64,000 nt of DNA from Octopus sinensis (lineage: Eukaryota), in NCBI RefSeq assembly GCF_006345805.1, contig NC_043011.1, positions 6,200,001-6,264,000 on the forward strand, given 5' to 3'. Shown in pieces: positions 53,299 through 64,000 of this stretch. A program made the translations under genes and the position numbers. Positions within the stretch are counted from its first letter, which is position 1; each line of letters starts with the position of its first letter. Below the pieces are notes generated by a model, which made no database searches, was not told the origin of the DNA, and was given only the letters and a program-made list of their open reading frames with translations.

Positions 53299-55314
53299 GT
53301 ATCCATCACTTCAGACCAAGTGGAAACAGCTGTAGAGAAAGCCATTGCAAACTATAAAGATGAATTATTAGAGAAGCGTTACCATTTCAATACTGGCATT
53401 CTAATGTCTGAAGTCCGTAAGGTGTTGAAATGGGCTGATGGTAAAACCATCAAAAATGAAGTTGATATGCAGATATTGGATCTACTGGGGCCAAAGACTG
53501 ATGCTGATAAGGCTAAACCATCTAAAGCTAAACAATCAAAACAGACCGAAAATATTAAAACAAAATCTACGACATCAGTGAATCAGGAAAATAAAAAGCC
53601 CGTGAATGCCTTAGAGAATTTTGTTAGCGCAGATGGAGAGGTGAAAAGTTTCATGGATCTGGTTGGAAGTTCGGTAAAGTTTCATAAAATTGGTGAGAAT
53701 TTTAAAACAGACGGTTATGTTATCATGCCAAGAACTATGGAACTTTTAAAACAACATTTGAAAGAAACCAATAGTACTGTATACACACGATTCCCTCCAG
53801 AACCTAATGGCATTCTTCATATTGGTCATGCCAAAGCAATCAATTTCAACTTTGGTTATGCTAGAGCAATGGGTGGTAAATGCTATTTGCGTTATGATGA
53901 CACAAACCCCGAGAAAGAAGAGGAAAAATTCTTCCTTGGCATTCGAGAAATGGTTGAATGGTTAGGCTACAAACCATGGAAAGTTACTTACGCATCTGAC
54001 AATTTTGGGAAACTGTATGATTTAGGTGTTGATCTAATTAAACGAGGCCACGCCTACGTTTGTCACATGAAGGCTGAAGATCTAAAGGGACACAACGTCG
54101 TCGACTCTCCTTGGAGAGATAGGCCGATTGAAGAATCTCTGATTCTGTTTGAAGATATGAGGAAAGGAAAAATAAGTGAGGGCGATGCCACACTTCGAAT
54201 GAAAACAACTCTTGAAGAAGGCAAGAAAGATCCAGTAGCTTATAGGATAAAATTCACTCCACATCATCGAACCGGGAATGATTGGTGTATCTACCCCACT
54301 TATGATTACACCCATTGCCTTTGTGATTCTTTTGAAAACATATCTCATTCTCTATGTACTAAGGAATTCCAGGCAAGGCGGTCTTCCTATTACTGGTTGT
54401 GTAATGTACTGGAAGTGTACTGTCCAGTACAGTGGGAGTATGCCAGGCTTAATTTACATTATGCTGTTGTATCGAAGAGGAAAATAGCGAAATTGATTGA
54501 GAAAGGTTATGTGAAAGATTGGGACGATCCCCGTCTGTTCACACTTACGGCTCTCCGACGGCGTGGCTTTCCAGCCGAGGCCATTAACTTATTCTGTGCC
54601 AAGGTTGGCGTAACCATGGCACAGACGGTCATTGATCCAGCTCTATTGGAATCCTGTGTCCGTGATGTCCTCAATGTGAAAGCCCCTCGTGCAATGGCCG
54701 TCCTCAATCCTCTTCCAGTGAAGATCATCAACTTTCCAGCCGGTCATAGTGGCAAAGTATCTGTTCCAAATTTTCCTGCTGATCCAAACAAAGGAGAACA
54801 TTCTGTTCCATTCAGTGAACAGATCTTTATCGAACGAGACGATTTCAAAGAGGTCACTGACAAAAACTATAAGAGACTTGCCCCCACCCAACCGGTTGGC
54901 TTACGCCATGCTGGTTTTACAATAGAAGTTGCTGAAGTTGTTAAAGATAGTTCAGGTTTTATCACCGAGTTACATGTCAAGTGCCAAAAAACTACAGAAG
55001 ACAAACCGAAAGCATTCATCCATTGGGTATCAAAGCCTGTTTCTTGTGAAGTTCGACTCTATGACAAACTGTTCTTCCATCGTAATCCTGAAGACACATC
55101 AGAAGTTCCAGACGGTTACCTGAGTGACGTCAACAAGGACTCGTTAAAGGTCATGTCGAATGCATTAGTAGATACATCTGTTTTGAAGGCTGAAACTTAC
55201 AAACAATTCCAGTTTGAAAGAACTGGTTATTTCAGTGTGGATCGAGATTCCAAACCTGACCATTTGGTTTTTAATCAAACTGTTACACTGAAAGAAGACC
55301 CCAACAAAAACTAA
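53299..55314 (+). CDS. QARS1: Glutaminyl-tRNA synthetase, coding exon 2 (671 aa plus stop; catalytic and anticodon-binding domains)
   Basis: Acceptor TTGCAG|GTA; motifs [14 protein letters not shown] (HIGH), [27 protein letters not shown] and QFERTGYF; uninterrupted to TAA at 55314. Confidence 0.97.
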   Translation, partial: VSITSDQVETAVEKAIANYKDELLEKRYHFNTGILMSEVRKVLKWADGKTIKNEVDMQILDLLGPKTDADKAKPSKAKQSKQTENIKTKSTTSVNQENKKPVNALENFVSADGEVKSFMDLVGSSVKFHKIGENFKTDGYVIMPRTMELLKQHLKETNSTVYTRFPPEPNGILHIGHAKAINFNFGYARAMGGKCYLRYDDTNPEKEEEKFFLGIREMVEWLGYKPWKVTYASDNFGKLYDLGVDLIKRGHAYVCHMKAEDLKGHNVVDSPWRDRPIEESLILFEDMRKGKISEGDATLRMKTTLEEGKKDPVAYRIKFTPHHRTGNDWCIYPTYDYTHCLCDSFENISHSLCTKEFQARRSSYYWLCNVLEVYCPVQWEYARLNLHYAVVSKRKIAKLIEKGYVKDWDDPRLFTLTALRRRGFPAEAINLFCAKVGVTMAQTVIDPALLESCVRDVLNVKAPRAMAVLNPLPVKIINFPAGHSGKVSVPNFPADPNKGEHSVPFSEQIFIERDDFKEVTDKNYKRLAPTQPVGLRHAGFTIEVAEVVKDSSGFITELHVKCQKTTEDKPKAFIHWVSKPVSCEVRLYDKLFFHRNPEDTSEVPDGYLSDVNKDSLKVMSNALVDTSVLKAETYKQFQFERTGYFSVDRDSKPDHLVFNQTVTLKEDPNKN

Positions 55315-55741
55315 AAACAAACGACATTAACAAGTGTTTATATATTTTTTTCCTATCCTGATCAGAGAAAATGGTCAAATTCACTTGCTGACAGGTGCAA
55401 AATAATTAATGTCAGGTGTGCACAACTTCCTCAGGTAAACACTTATTACCATCAGGTGAACACTGTTGAATGAACTGTTATTTATTGACTGGTAGATCAA
55501 ATCCATTGAAAAAAAAGTGAGCAAAAAGGATCTTCAACATATTGACGATGGCTGATAATCAATACAACATATTGTAAGCTATATTCTTTTACATATTAAA
55601 TAATAATAACAATAACAAAATAATGATGACTGCTTGTATAACGAGTCATTATCAGAATATGATTGGATCAACAATATAATCAGTCACATAATAATCAGTG
55701 ACTGAACCACTGATATAACCTTATACAATGATCAATCAATC

Positions 55742-55747
55742 AATAAA
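55742..55747 (+). terminator. QARS1 polyadenylation signal
   Basis: AATAAA followed about 15 nt later by a (GTTT)/T-rich downstream element. Confidence 0.6.
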
Positions 55748-56504
55748 TAATTAACAGTATTAGTTTGTTTGTTTTTTGTTTTTGTCTTTTTATTTAATAT
55801 GCTATTTTTTATTTTGCTGAGCCAAGGTATTGTGAATGGAATCATCGTTTAACGTCCGCTTTCTATGTTAGCATGGGTTGGACGATTTGACTGAGGGCTG
55901 GCGAACCAGGTGGCTGCACCAGGCTCCAATCTTGATCTGGCAGAGTTTCTACAGCTGGATGCCCTTCCTAACACCAACCACTCTGAGAGTGTAGTGGGTG
56001 CTTTTATGTGCCATCGGCATGGGGGCCAGTCGGGCAGTACTGGCAACGGCCATGCTCAGATGGTGTTTTTTTACGTGCCACCTGCACAGGAGGCAGTCCA
56101 GCGGCACTGGCAACGACCTCGCTCGAATGTTTTTTGACATGCCAGCAAGGCGACGCTGGTAACAATCACGCTCGAATGGTGCTTTCTACGTGCCACCGGC
56201 ACAGAAGTCACTTAGCCGCTCTGGCAACGATCAAGTTCAGATGGTGCTCTTAGCGCTCCACTAGCATGGATGCCAATCATCGAATTCGATTTCGATTTCA
56301 CTTCCCTCAACAGGTTTTTGCAAGCAGAGTTTAGTGTCCAATGAAGGAAAGGTACGCATCAGTGGGCTGGTTACACCCTTGGCATAAACCACGAGGTTAT
56401 GGTTGTTTGTAAATATCTGTGATGTCCTAGGTGCACTCTTACTTCCACCTGGTTTTACAACCGATGTGTAGCAGACCCATCCAACCCATTGACAAACAGA
56501 TTAA

Positions 56505-56850
56505 ACACATCTTTAAGAGTGGTTATTATCCATCCATCCATCGTTCCTGAGAGGGTTGTGGGTGCAGAGCCCTTAGTCACCTTCTCCATAGGGTCTTAAC
56601 TGAAGCAACCATCTGTAGACATTCCTTCTAGATTCCTAAGCCTGACCAGCAGAGACTATCGATCATTATCCAACCATCTCATTCTTGGTCTATCCTGAGA
56701 TTTCCTGCCGGTTGGCTTGGCTTGAAGAATCTGTCTTATGATCTTTCCTTCAACATTATAATCACATGTCTGGTACCTGAGCTATAACCTCTCAATGCAG
56801 AGAAGTAGGGGTTCAAACAAGAGAGAGTCCCTGATCGCCCAGCTATGTAC
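56505..56850 (-). mobile_element. RTE-like LINE 3' fragment, second family
   Basis: The minus strand reads ..KPTGRKSQDRPRMRWLDN.., with a (GGAT)n tail. Confidence 0.55.
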
Positions 56851-57462
56851 TCTGTCATGTTGGATGATCATTATAACAATAGAAAATTATTATTAAATGC
56901 CAGAGTGAGGTGGAGAAGCTAGCAGAAACGTTAGCATGCTGACCAAAAATGCTTTCATCTGTCTTTACATTCTCAGTTCAAATGCTGCTGAGGTTGGCTT
57001 TGCTTTTCATCCATTCAGGGTTAGTGAAATAATTACCAGTCAAACTGGAATTCCTGCAGTCAGCTAGTCCTGTCTGCCAAAATTTCAGGCCCCGAGGAAA
57101 GGATTATTAAATGACTGGATGATGGAGCAACAGGATCACTAGAGCATTGGCAAAAATAGCTTTCAAGTATTTCTTTTCAGCTCTTTACATTCTAAGTTCA
57201 AATTCCGCTACAGTCCAGTTTATCTCTAATTCCTTCAGGGTCAAGAAAATAAAGTCCCAATCAAAGAGTGAGGATTGATGTAATCAACTGACTTCTTCCA
57301 TTCAGAATTGCTGACCTTGTGTCCAAGCAAATGGTGGTAACTAGCAGAACCAAGACAGACCTGGGCCAAATGGCATGTGCTTTTATCATTACATTCTGAG
57401 CTCAAATCATGCTAAGTCACCAACTTTATCTTTCATCTTTTCAGCATTAATAAAGTACCAGT

Positions 57463-57844
57463 GGAAGCACTCCATCGGTTACGACAACGAGGGTTCCGGT
57501 TGATCCGATCAACGGAACAGCCTGCTCGTGAAATTAATGTGTAAGTGGCTGAGCACTCCACAGACACGTGTACCCTTAACGTAGTTCTCGGGGATATTCA
57601 GTGTGACACAGAGAGTGACAAGGCCGGCCCTTTGAAATACAGGTACAACAGAAACAGGAAGTAAGAGTGAGAGAAAGTTGTGGTGAAAGAGTACAGCAGG
57701 GATCACCACCATCCCCTGCTGGAGCCTCGTGGAGCTTTAGGTGTTTTCGCTCAATAAACACTCACAACGCCCGGTCTGGGAATCGAAACCGCGATCCTAC
57801 GACCGCGAGTCCGCTGCCCTAACCACTGGGCCATTGCGCCTCCA
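57463..57844 (-). mobile_element. SINE family C, full length, with 11-bp TSD
   Basis: AAAGTACCAGT at 57452-57462 and 57846-57856. Confidence 0.9.
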
Positions 57845-58860
57845 CAAAGTACCAGTAATGGTGTGGTGGAAGGGGGACTGATTTAATGAATATGATTTTT
57901 ATTTTTTTAATATATTAAGGTTTGCTCTGATGGATACTTAGCTACTATTTCTAGCAACAAGTCAAAGGTTTCCTCCATGTACTACTGTTATTAATGTGAG
58001 CTTGCATCAAACCAGCACTGGTGTAAGAGGTCTATCTTCAGAAATTCTCCAAGTTTGACTATTTTGCCTTGTGGGGGTGAGGGATGTATGGAACTACATT
58101 ATCGAAGCCTTTCCATTTCTAAGATGGGAAAGGTGTGATTTGAGAGAGATTTGGCTGATATTTCTAATAGGGCAAGAGCTGCATAAAGGTGTTATTAATT
58201 TAGAATAAACTGTTATAAATTGACTGGCATTAGGATATGCATCCAATTGTAGAAACCAAGCCAAAAACAGACTGAAACCTGGTGTGGGCCCTGGCCTTGC
58301 CAGCTTCTCTTAAGCCATTCAGTCCATCAAATTCATATGTATATATAAAGTGGTGGCTGGTCAGAGAGTGACAATTGGCATTGCACCTATAAAGCCATAT
58401 AGGTTACCTGTCAAACACAAATGGCTGAAGGCACATAACCTCTCTACTACTGGAGGGAGGAAGACGTCATGGTTTTGTACACAAAGATCTATACATCCAG
58501 AATAGCTGTGCAGGAAGTGTTACAGGCAGTATGGGGTTATCTCCCTGACATTGTTTCCAGCTGTGATGATATTCAAAGATTTTACCGCAGTTCTGTTCAA
58601 TGAATGGGGAATTCTAAGCTTGTAGCAGGAAACGTCTTTGATGGGGGCATTGACTAAATACTTCTTGCCTGGAGTTTCCTGGGTCAAGCAAGATTTTTAG
58701 TATTGTTGCTCTCTTTGCCAAGTAAAGCTTACATCATTTGCTCCCGTTAATATAAGACACCGGTTGTTCAGTGGTTACCATTTAATTATGCATGGGGTTC
58801 CTTCCTTTTTTTAAGTGCCATACATGACTGGCCAGGGACGTGATATATAGGTATATAAAT

Positions 58861-59227
58861 GGAAGCACTCCGTCGGTTACGACGACAAGGGTTCCGGTTG
58901 ATCCGATCAACGGAACAGCTTGCTCATGAAATTAACATGTAAGTGGCTGAGCACTCCACAGACACGTGTACTCTTAACGTAGTTCTTGGGGATATTCAGC
59001 ATGACACAGAGAGTGACAAGGCCGACCCCTTGAAATACAGGTACAACAGAAACAGGAAGTAAGAGTGACAGAAAGTTGTGGTGAAAGAGTACAGCAGGGA
59101 TCACCACCATCCCCTGCCGGAGCCTCGTGGAGCTTTATGTGTTTTCGCTCAATAAACACTCACAACGCCCGGTCTGGGAATCGAAACCGCGAGTCCGCTG
59201 CCCTAACCACTGGGCCATTGCGCCTCC
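58861..59227 (-). mobile_element. SINE family C (14-nt head deletion), with probable TSD
   Basis: AGGTATATAAAT and AGGTATATACAT flank the element. Confidence 0.88.
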
Positions 59228-61637
59228 TCAGGTATATACATATCTACACACACACACACATATTAGGTATTACTATACTGTATTTGATGGTATAAATAAT
59301 GCCTCCTCCCCCACCAACTGCTATTTCAACATCACATAGCATCAGGGTTGCACAACTTAGCAGGAGCCAGGGTAATCTTTTAAAGTCATTTTTTTTTTTG
59401 GAAAAAGTACGTCTTGCATATCATTATATGTAAAGGAGGAAGCTTCTTCACTGTAAGGAATCAAACGGTTGAACTTATAAAATAAATTACTGATATTTTG
59501 TATTTCGTGCAGTATGTAATTAAGAAAGTGATAATGATTATTGCTTCATAATTGGTAGAATGTTAACAAATGATAAAGGAAAGTATTAAAGGCAGGCAGG
59601 CAGGCCTGGCTGCTGGGGGTGTTTGTCTCCCCTTCGTAAATATATAAGGACACAGGGAAAAAAATGTGTCGAAGCCATCAGGAGGCGTCGATGCTTTCTA
59701 GGGCTAAACAGCGGTGGTGTAATCCCCTACTGTCACGTTAAATTGTATACAACCATTCTATCGCCCCACCACCGTACATATCTCTATGAGATATTTAGAA
59801 ATATAATATTTCTGAATATTAAAGTTATCTCCCTTAAATCATAACTTTAAAACCAATGATAAAGCAGGGAGATATGATTTGGACGATTTTAGTCAGACTT
59901 GAACATGATCGCAGCGTGAAAGACTTTACCCATTAAAAAAACTCTCAGACTGTTAACTTCAATCAAGCATTCATTATTTATTATTTGGTGTCAGAATTTT
60001 CGTTACATTCTTTGTGACCTGCTGACCGACGCAGTTCCCCGAAAAATTTGACCCGAAGTGATAAATGTTAGAGTGCAATGGACAGTTTTTGTGTGTTTTT
60101 GAATGGCTAATATGTGCCTTCCAAGCTGTAATTTTAAATTCAACATATACATCTTGGATCAAATCGCCAGACGATTACATCTCCGATATTTACTATAAAA
60201 TATTAAGCTTAATATTGTGATTTCTCTTTTAAAGTACTTTTTAAAGCTTTGTCGTCAATAAAAAATAACGTTTTTGTAGTAAATTTTCTCCCAGTACTTA
60301 ACGAGCCCCGCTATGTATGTGTGTGTGTACATTAGAAAGCGGCGTAACTTCGGTATAAGTACCGGAAATACCGGATACATTTCAAGAAAGTGTTTTTTTT
60401 AATATATATATATATATGGTGGTTAGGGGTGGAAGAAAAGGGATCTTTTCGGTTTGAACGGCAGTTTTTTCTAGCGGTGTCATATGAAATTGTCACCCAT
60501 AATTATGACCCTAGTATCGATCTATTGCATTTCAATTTGTTTTAGGGTTAGGTGGGGGGAAGGGTATCTTTTTTCTTCACAAATGTAAATAAACCCAATC
60601 TGTTTCTTAAACGAGGGACATATTCATACGGCACAGAATGTGTTTTTTTTACCTCAATGGACGTCATTGATTGGTTGAAATTGCAGAAATTGAAGAAAAA
60701 AAACAACAAATATCTTACAAACTATAGAATTTTCTCAATAAAGTTACCTAGAAATTATGTTAAAAACCGCCGTTCAAATCGAAAAGATCCGAGAAAAGTG
60801 TTTCTGTTATTTTCAGAAATGTAAACAAAGTCACGTGTGTACCTATACCGAAGGATCGCCTGAAAAGCTAAAATAAACCGTACGTTTCTAGAATGATCCA
60901 TATTGCCATTTCTCTTTTACTCTTTTACTTGTTTCAGTCATTGAACTGCGGCCATGTTGGGACGCCACCTTGGAGGGGTTTTTGTTAATGGTAAAAAAAA
61001 TTAGCCCTGGTACTTGTTCTAATCGTTCACTTTTGCTAAACCGCTAAGTTACGGGGAGATAGACTAATCAATACTGGTTTTCAAGCGGTGATGGTGGGGC
61101 AAACACACACACACACACACAAAGCGGGCTTCCGTCTACCAAATTCACTTAAAGGCCTCTAAAACCACATGGTTGAAAAGTGAAGTTCTTAACTACGCAG
61201 TCATACCAAGAAAATTCTTTACTTTTTGGCAAATTCCTAACTGAAGATCAAAACTTTATAAAACACAGATCATATTGCTGTTTTGTTTGGTATTTCCTGA
61301 GACAATTCAAATCCATTGTCTCAAAACTTGCTGCCGTTTGGCAAATGAAAAGTTCCTCTGAACTCATTAAACAAACTTATAGATGGTACGGCGAAAATAT
61401 CTTCCAGATTCACCATTTGTGATAAATGCTCCTGCAAATTGACGGTATGCACCCGTCCAATCCATAATGTTGGGGTCAAAGCATTAATTTCATATTTTAA
61501 ATCAAGGCTAGCAATTGCGTGGGGAGGTGGGTAAGTTGATTACATCAATCCCCAACGGTCATCTAGTACTTATTTTATCGACCCAGAAAGGATGAAAGGC
61601 AAAGTCGACCTCAGCGGAATTTGAACTCAGAACATAA

Positions 61638-61979
61638 AGGGTAAAGACCCCCTTCGGTCATGAATGACCATGGGATTGCACCTAGAAAGTTACCCTCCTA
61701 GACACAAGTCCGGGCAAGGTTGTTTATGGAAGGCCAGCAGTCGCCCATGCATACCAGCCTCCGCTCTCCACGCCACCAGTGTTATCCAAGGGAAAGACAA
61801 AGGTCGATACAGCTTGGCACCAGTGACGTCGCAACTCATTTCTACAGCTGAGTGAACTGGTGCAACGTGAAATAAAGTGTCTTGCTCAAGAACACAACAC
61901 GCAGCCCGGTCCGGGATTCGAGCTCACAACCTCACGATCGTAAGCTCGACGCTCTAACCACTGAGCCATGCGCCTTCAC
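61638..61979 (-). mobile_element. tRNA-derived SINE with a CORE-like central block
   Basis: Head GGCGCATGGCTCAGTGG..CTCGAATCC, then GTGTTCTTGAGCAAGACACTTT; inserted into a family B copy. Confidence 0.7.
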
Positions 61980-62790
61980 TATATATGTATATATGTATGT
62001 ATATAAGACACACACACACACACACACACACACAGAGGGGACAAACAAGGACAGACAAAGGGATTGAGTCGATTACATCGATCTCAGTGCGTCACTGGTA
62101 CTTAATTTATCGACCCCGAAAGGATGAAAAGCAAAGTCGACCTCGGCGGAATTTGAACCCAGAACGTAACGGCAGACGAAATACCGCAAAGCATTTCGCC
62201 CGACGTGCTAATGTTCCTGCCAGCTCGCCGCCTAAGAAAGTAAAATAGGCACTGAAAAGTATGACGATTTAATTCGTTAACCAAATCTACTGAAAACTAT
62301 TCCAAAGGACTTGGAACCGTAATAAAGAGAATGAAAGCGTCTAAGGGAGATCACTGTAACACAAGGGAGACCATCGCGTTAACAAAGGAGGGGCTTTCGT
62401 GCGAAAGCAACATCTGAGGTAAAAAATATTTTTTCCATTCAGTACAGGATTAATAAAAGTGTTATTTAATGACTGTGTGCTTAAGAAGTTCGCTTCACTC
62501 CCATTATATTGGCTGTTTAAGGTGAGTGCTTTCTACTATAGCCTGAAGCTGTCATATCCACTCACAGGATTTGGGTCGGTCCGGGGTTATATCAATAGTA
62601 GATAACACTCGCCCAAGGTGCTGCGTAGCGGGACTGAACTCAGTTTCATGCGGTTGGGAGGCAAACTTCTAATTGATACAGCAATATCTATTTTTTCCAC
62701 ACTGACTGTTGTAGTGGCAGCAGCTGAAGAAGAAGAAGAAGAAGAAGAAGTAGTAGTTGTTGTTACTACTACTACTACTACATAAGTTAT

Positions 62791-62923
62791 CTACAAAAAT
62801 TCAAGTGTTTGTAGCAGTAGTTGTTGTGTCGGTTTTGGCAGCAACAACGACGATGGTGGGGCCGGGGTGCCGCCGCCTCCTCCGCCTAAACCGGATGTAT
62901 ACGCCTCAGTGTCTGGTGTAGCC
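62791..62923 (-). other. Candidate terminal exon of a downstream, convergent gene
   Basis: GC-rich island after a minus-strand acceptor-like TATTTCAG, followed by UTR-like microsatellites; product unrecognised. Confidence 0.3.
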
Positions 62924-63370
62924 CTGAAATATTGTTCAGCATAGATTTTATGGGAGAATGAATCAGAAAGCAATACAAATAAATATTTCTAATTCATACT
63001 CATAAATTTTAGTTATGAGTTACAGGATGTTGTCTCAGTTTTAGACGCCGCAAATGATTTTATCTCAAAAGAGAGCATAGGATTGGTTAACATTCGTTAA
63101 ACAAACGAATTACAAATTTATCAAGAAAGCTAAGTGAAAATAATGTTTTCTTTTGACACATTCTACCAGTATACGAAGTTTTAAAGTGTTTAGTCAACTA
63201 GAAATTGTGTTGAAATCTGCCTTTCAAAAGGAAAAGATCCTTTTTTTACTTTCTGAGCCAAATGTATCCAAGGCCTAATTATCCAGCGTGACTACAATGT
63301 TTGAGGATGGTTTGACTGTTATTTCTAGCAAACTGAGTAACCACACAAAAGCTACTATGTCAATTTAGTT

Positions 63371-63597
63371 CAGTGGTTTTCATCTGGGGTCCAAATGATC
63401 CTTAGGGGTCAGTGTGAGATTTTCGTCATGCTTTTACAATTCACAAAATATTTTAGCAATTCTTTGATACAATTTCTAATAAAACTTAATTCTAAAAATA
63501 TAAAAGGATTTTAAAAACATCAAATGGCTATGAGAATCCAGTTGAGTAGAATATGGATCAAAGAGGTCCATGGGTCAGAAATGGTTGAGACCCACTG
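63371..63597. mobile_element. hAT/Charlie-like MITE
   Basis: CAGTGGTTTTCATC ... GTTGAGACCCACTG termini; a related truncated copy lies at about 27496-27680. Confidence 0.55.
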
Positions 63598-64000
63598 GTT
63601 TAGCCGCAGGAATCCGTTTAAATGAAATAGGTGGCACGTGAAAATCACCCACTACACTCGCGGAGTGGTTGGTGTTAGGAAGGGCATCCAGCCGTTGAAA
63701 CTCTGCCGGATCAGACTGGAGCCTGGAGCAGCCCCTGGCTTCCCAGACCCCGGTCGAACCATCCAACCCGTGCTAGCGCGGAAAACGGACGTTAAACGAT
63801 GATGATGATGATGAACTCATAGCATCAGGCTGGATTTGTGGTTAAGAAGCTTGATTTGTAACCGTATAGCTGCAGGTTCCATCCCACCATGTTCTACTAT
63901 AGCTCCAGGCTGGTCAGTATCTACTGGTAGAGGGAAACTGTGGAAGCCCATTGTATGTGTGTGTGTGTGTGCTTATCCCCTGTAGCTGAGCACTCTGGCA

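Noticed and set aside
57760-57844. tRNA-like sequences at SINE heads
   Set aside because: They lack a complete acceptor stem and are fused to SINE bodies with TSDs; they are not tRNA genes.

Overview
AT-rich, microsatellite- and retroelement-dense animal genomic DNA. The SINE/RTE repertoire and (TA)n/(CAT)n tracts suggest an octopod cephalopod; this is inference, not a database match. Two housekeeping genes lie head-to-head. PRPF3 (minus strand) has 18 coding exons traced with GT-AG junctions and consistent phases, from ATG 33483 to TGA 4201, about 657 aa. QARS1 (plus strand) has only 2 coding exons, 44182-44532 and 53299-55314, about 788 aa. The rest is tRNA-derived SINEs, RTE and CR1 LINE remnants, a full-length decayed mariner, Helitrons, piggyBac/hAT-like MITEs and long fold-backs. 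The strongest unexplained signal is at 1-1185: a non-coding 404-bp tandem array in which each unit carries an intact type I hammerhead ribozyme with a palindromic stem III, preceded by an inverted truncated copy. This is a retrozyme/Penelope-like architecture predicted to release a 404-nt, possibly circular, RNA. Further unrelated minimal hammerheads lie sense within a PRPF3 intron (30557-30602) and in the PRPF3-QARS intergenic region. A possible terminal exon of a third gene lies near 62.8-62.9 kb. All alignments and folds were done by eye.
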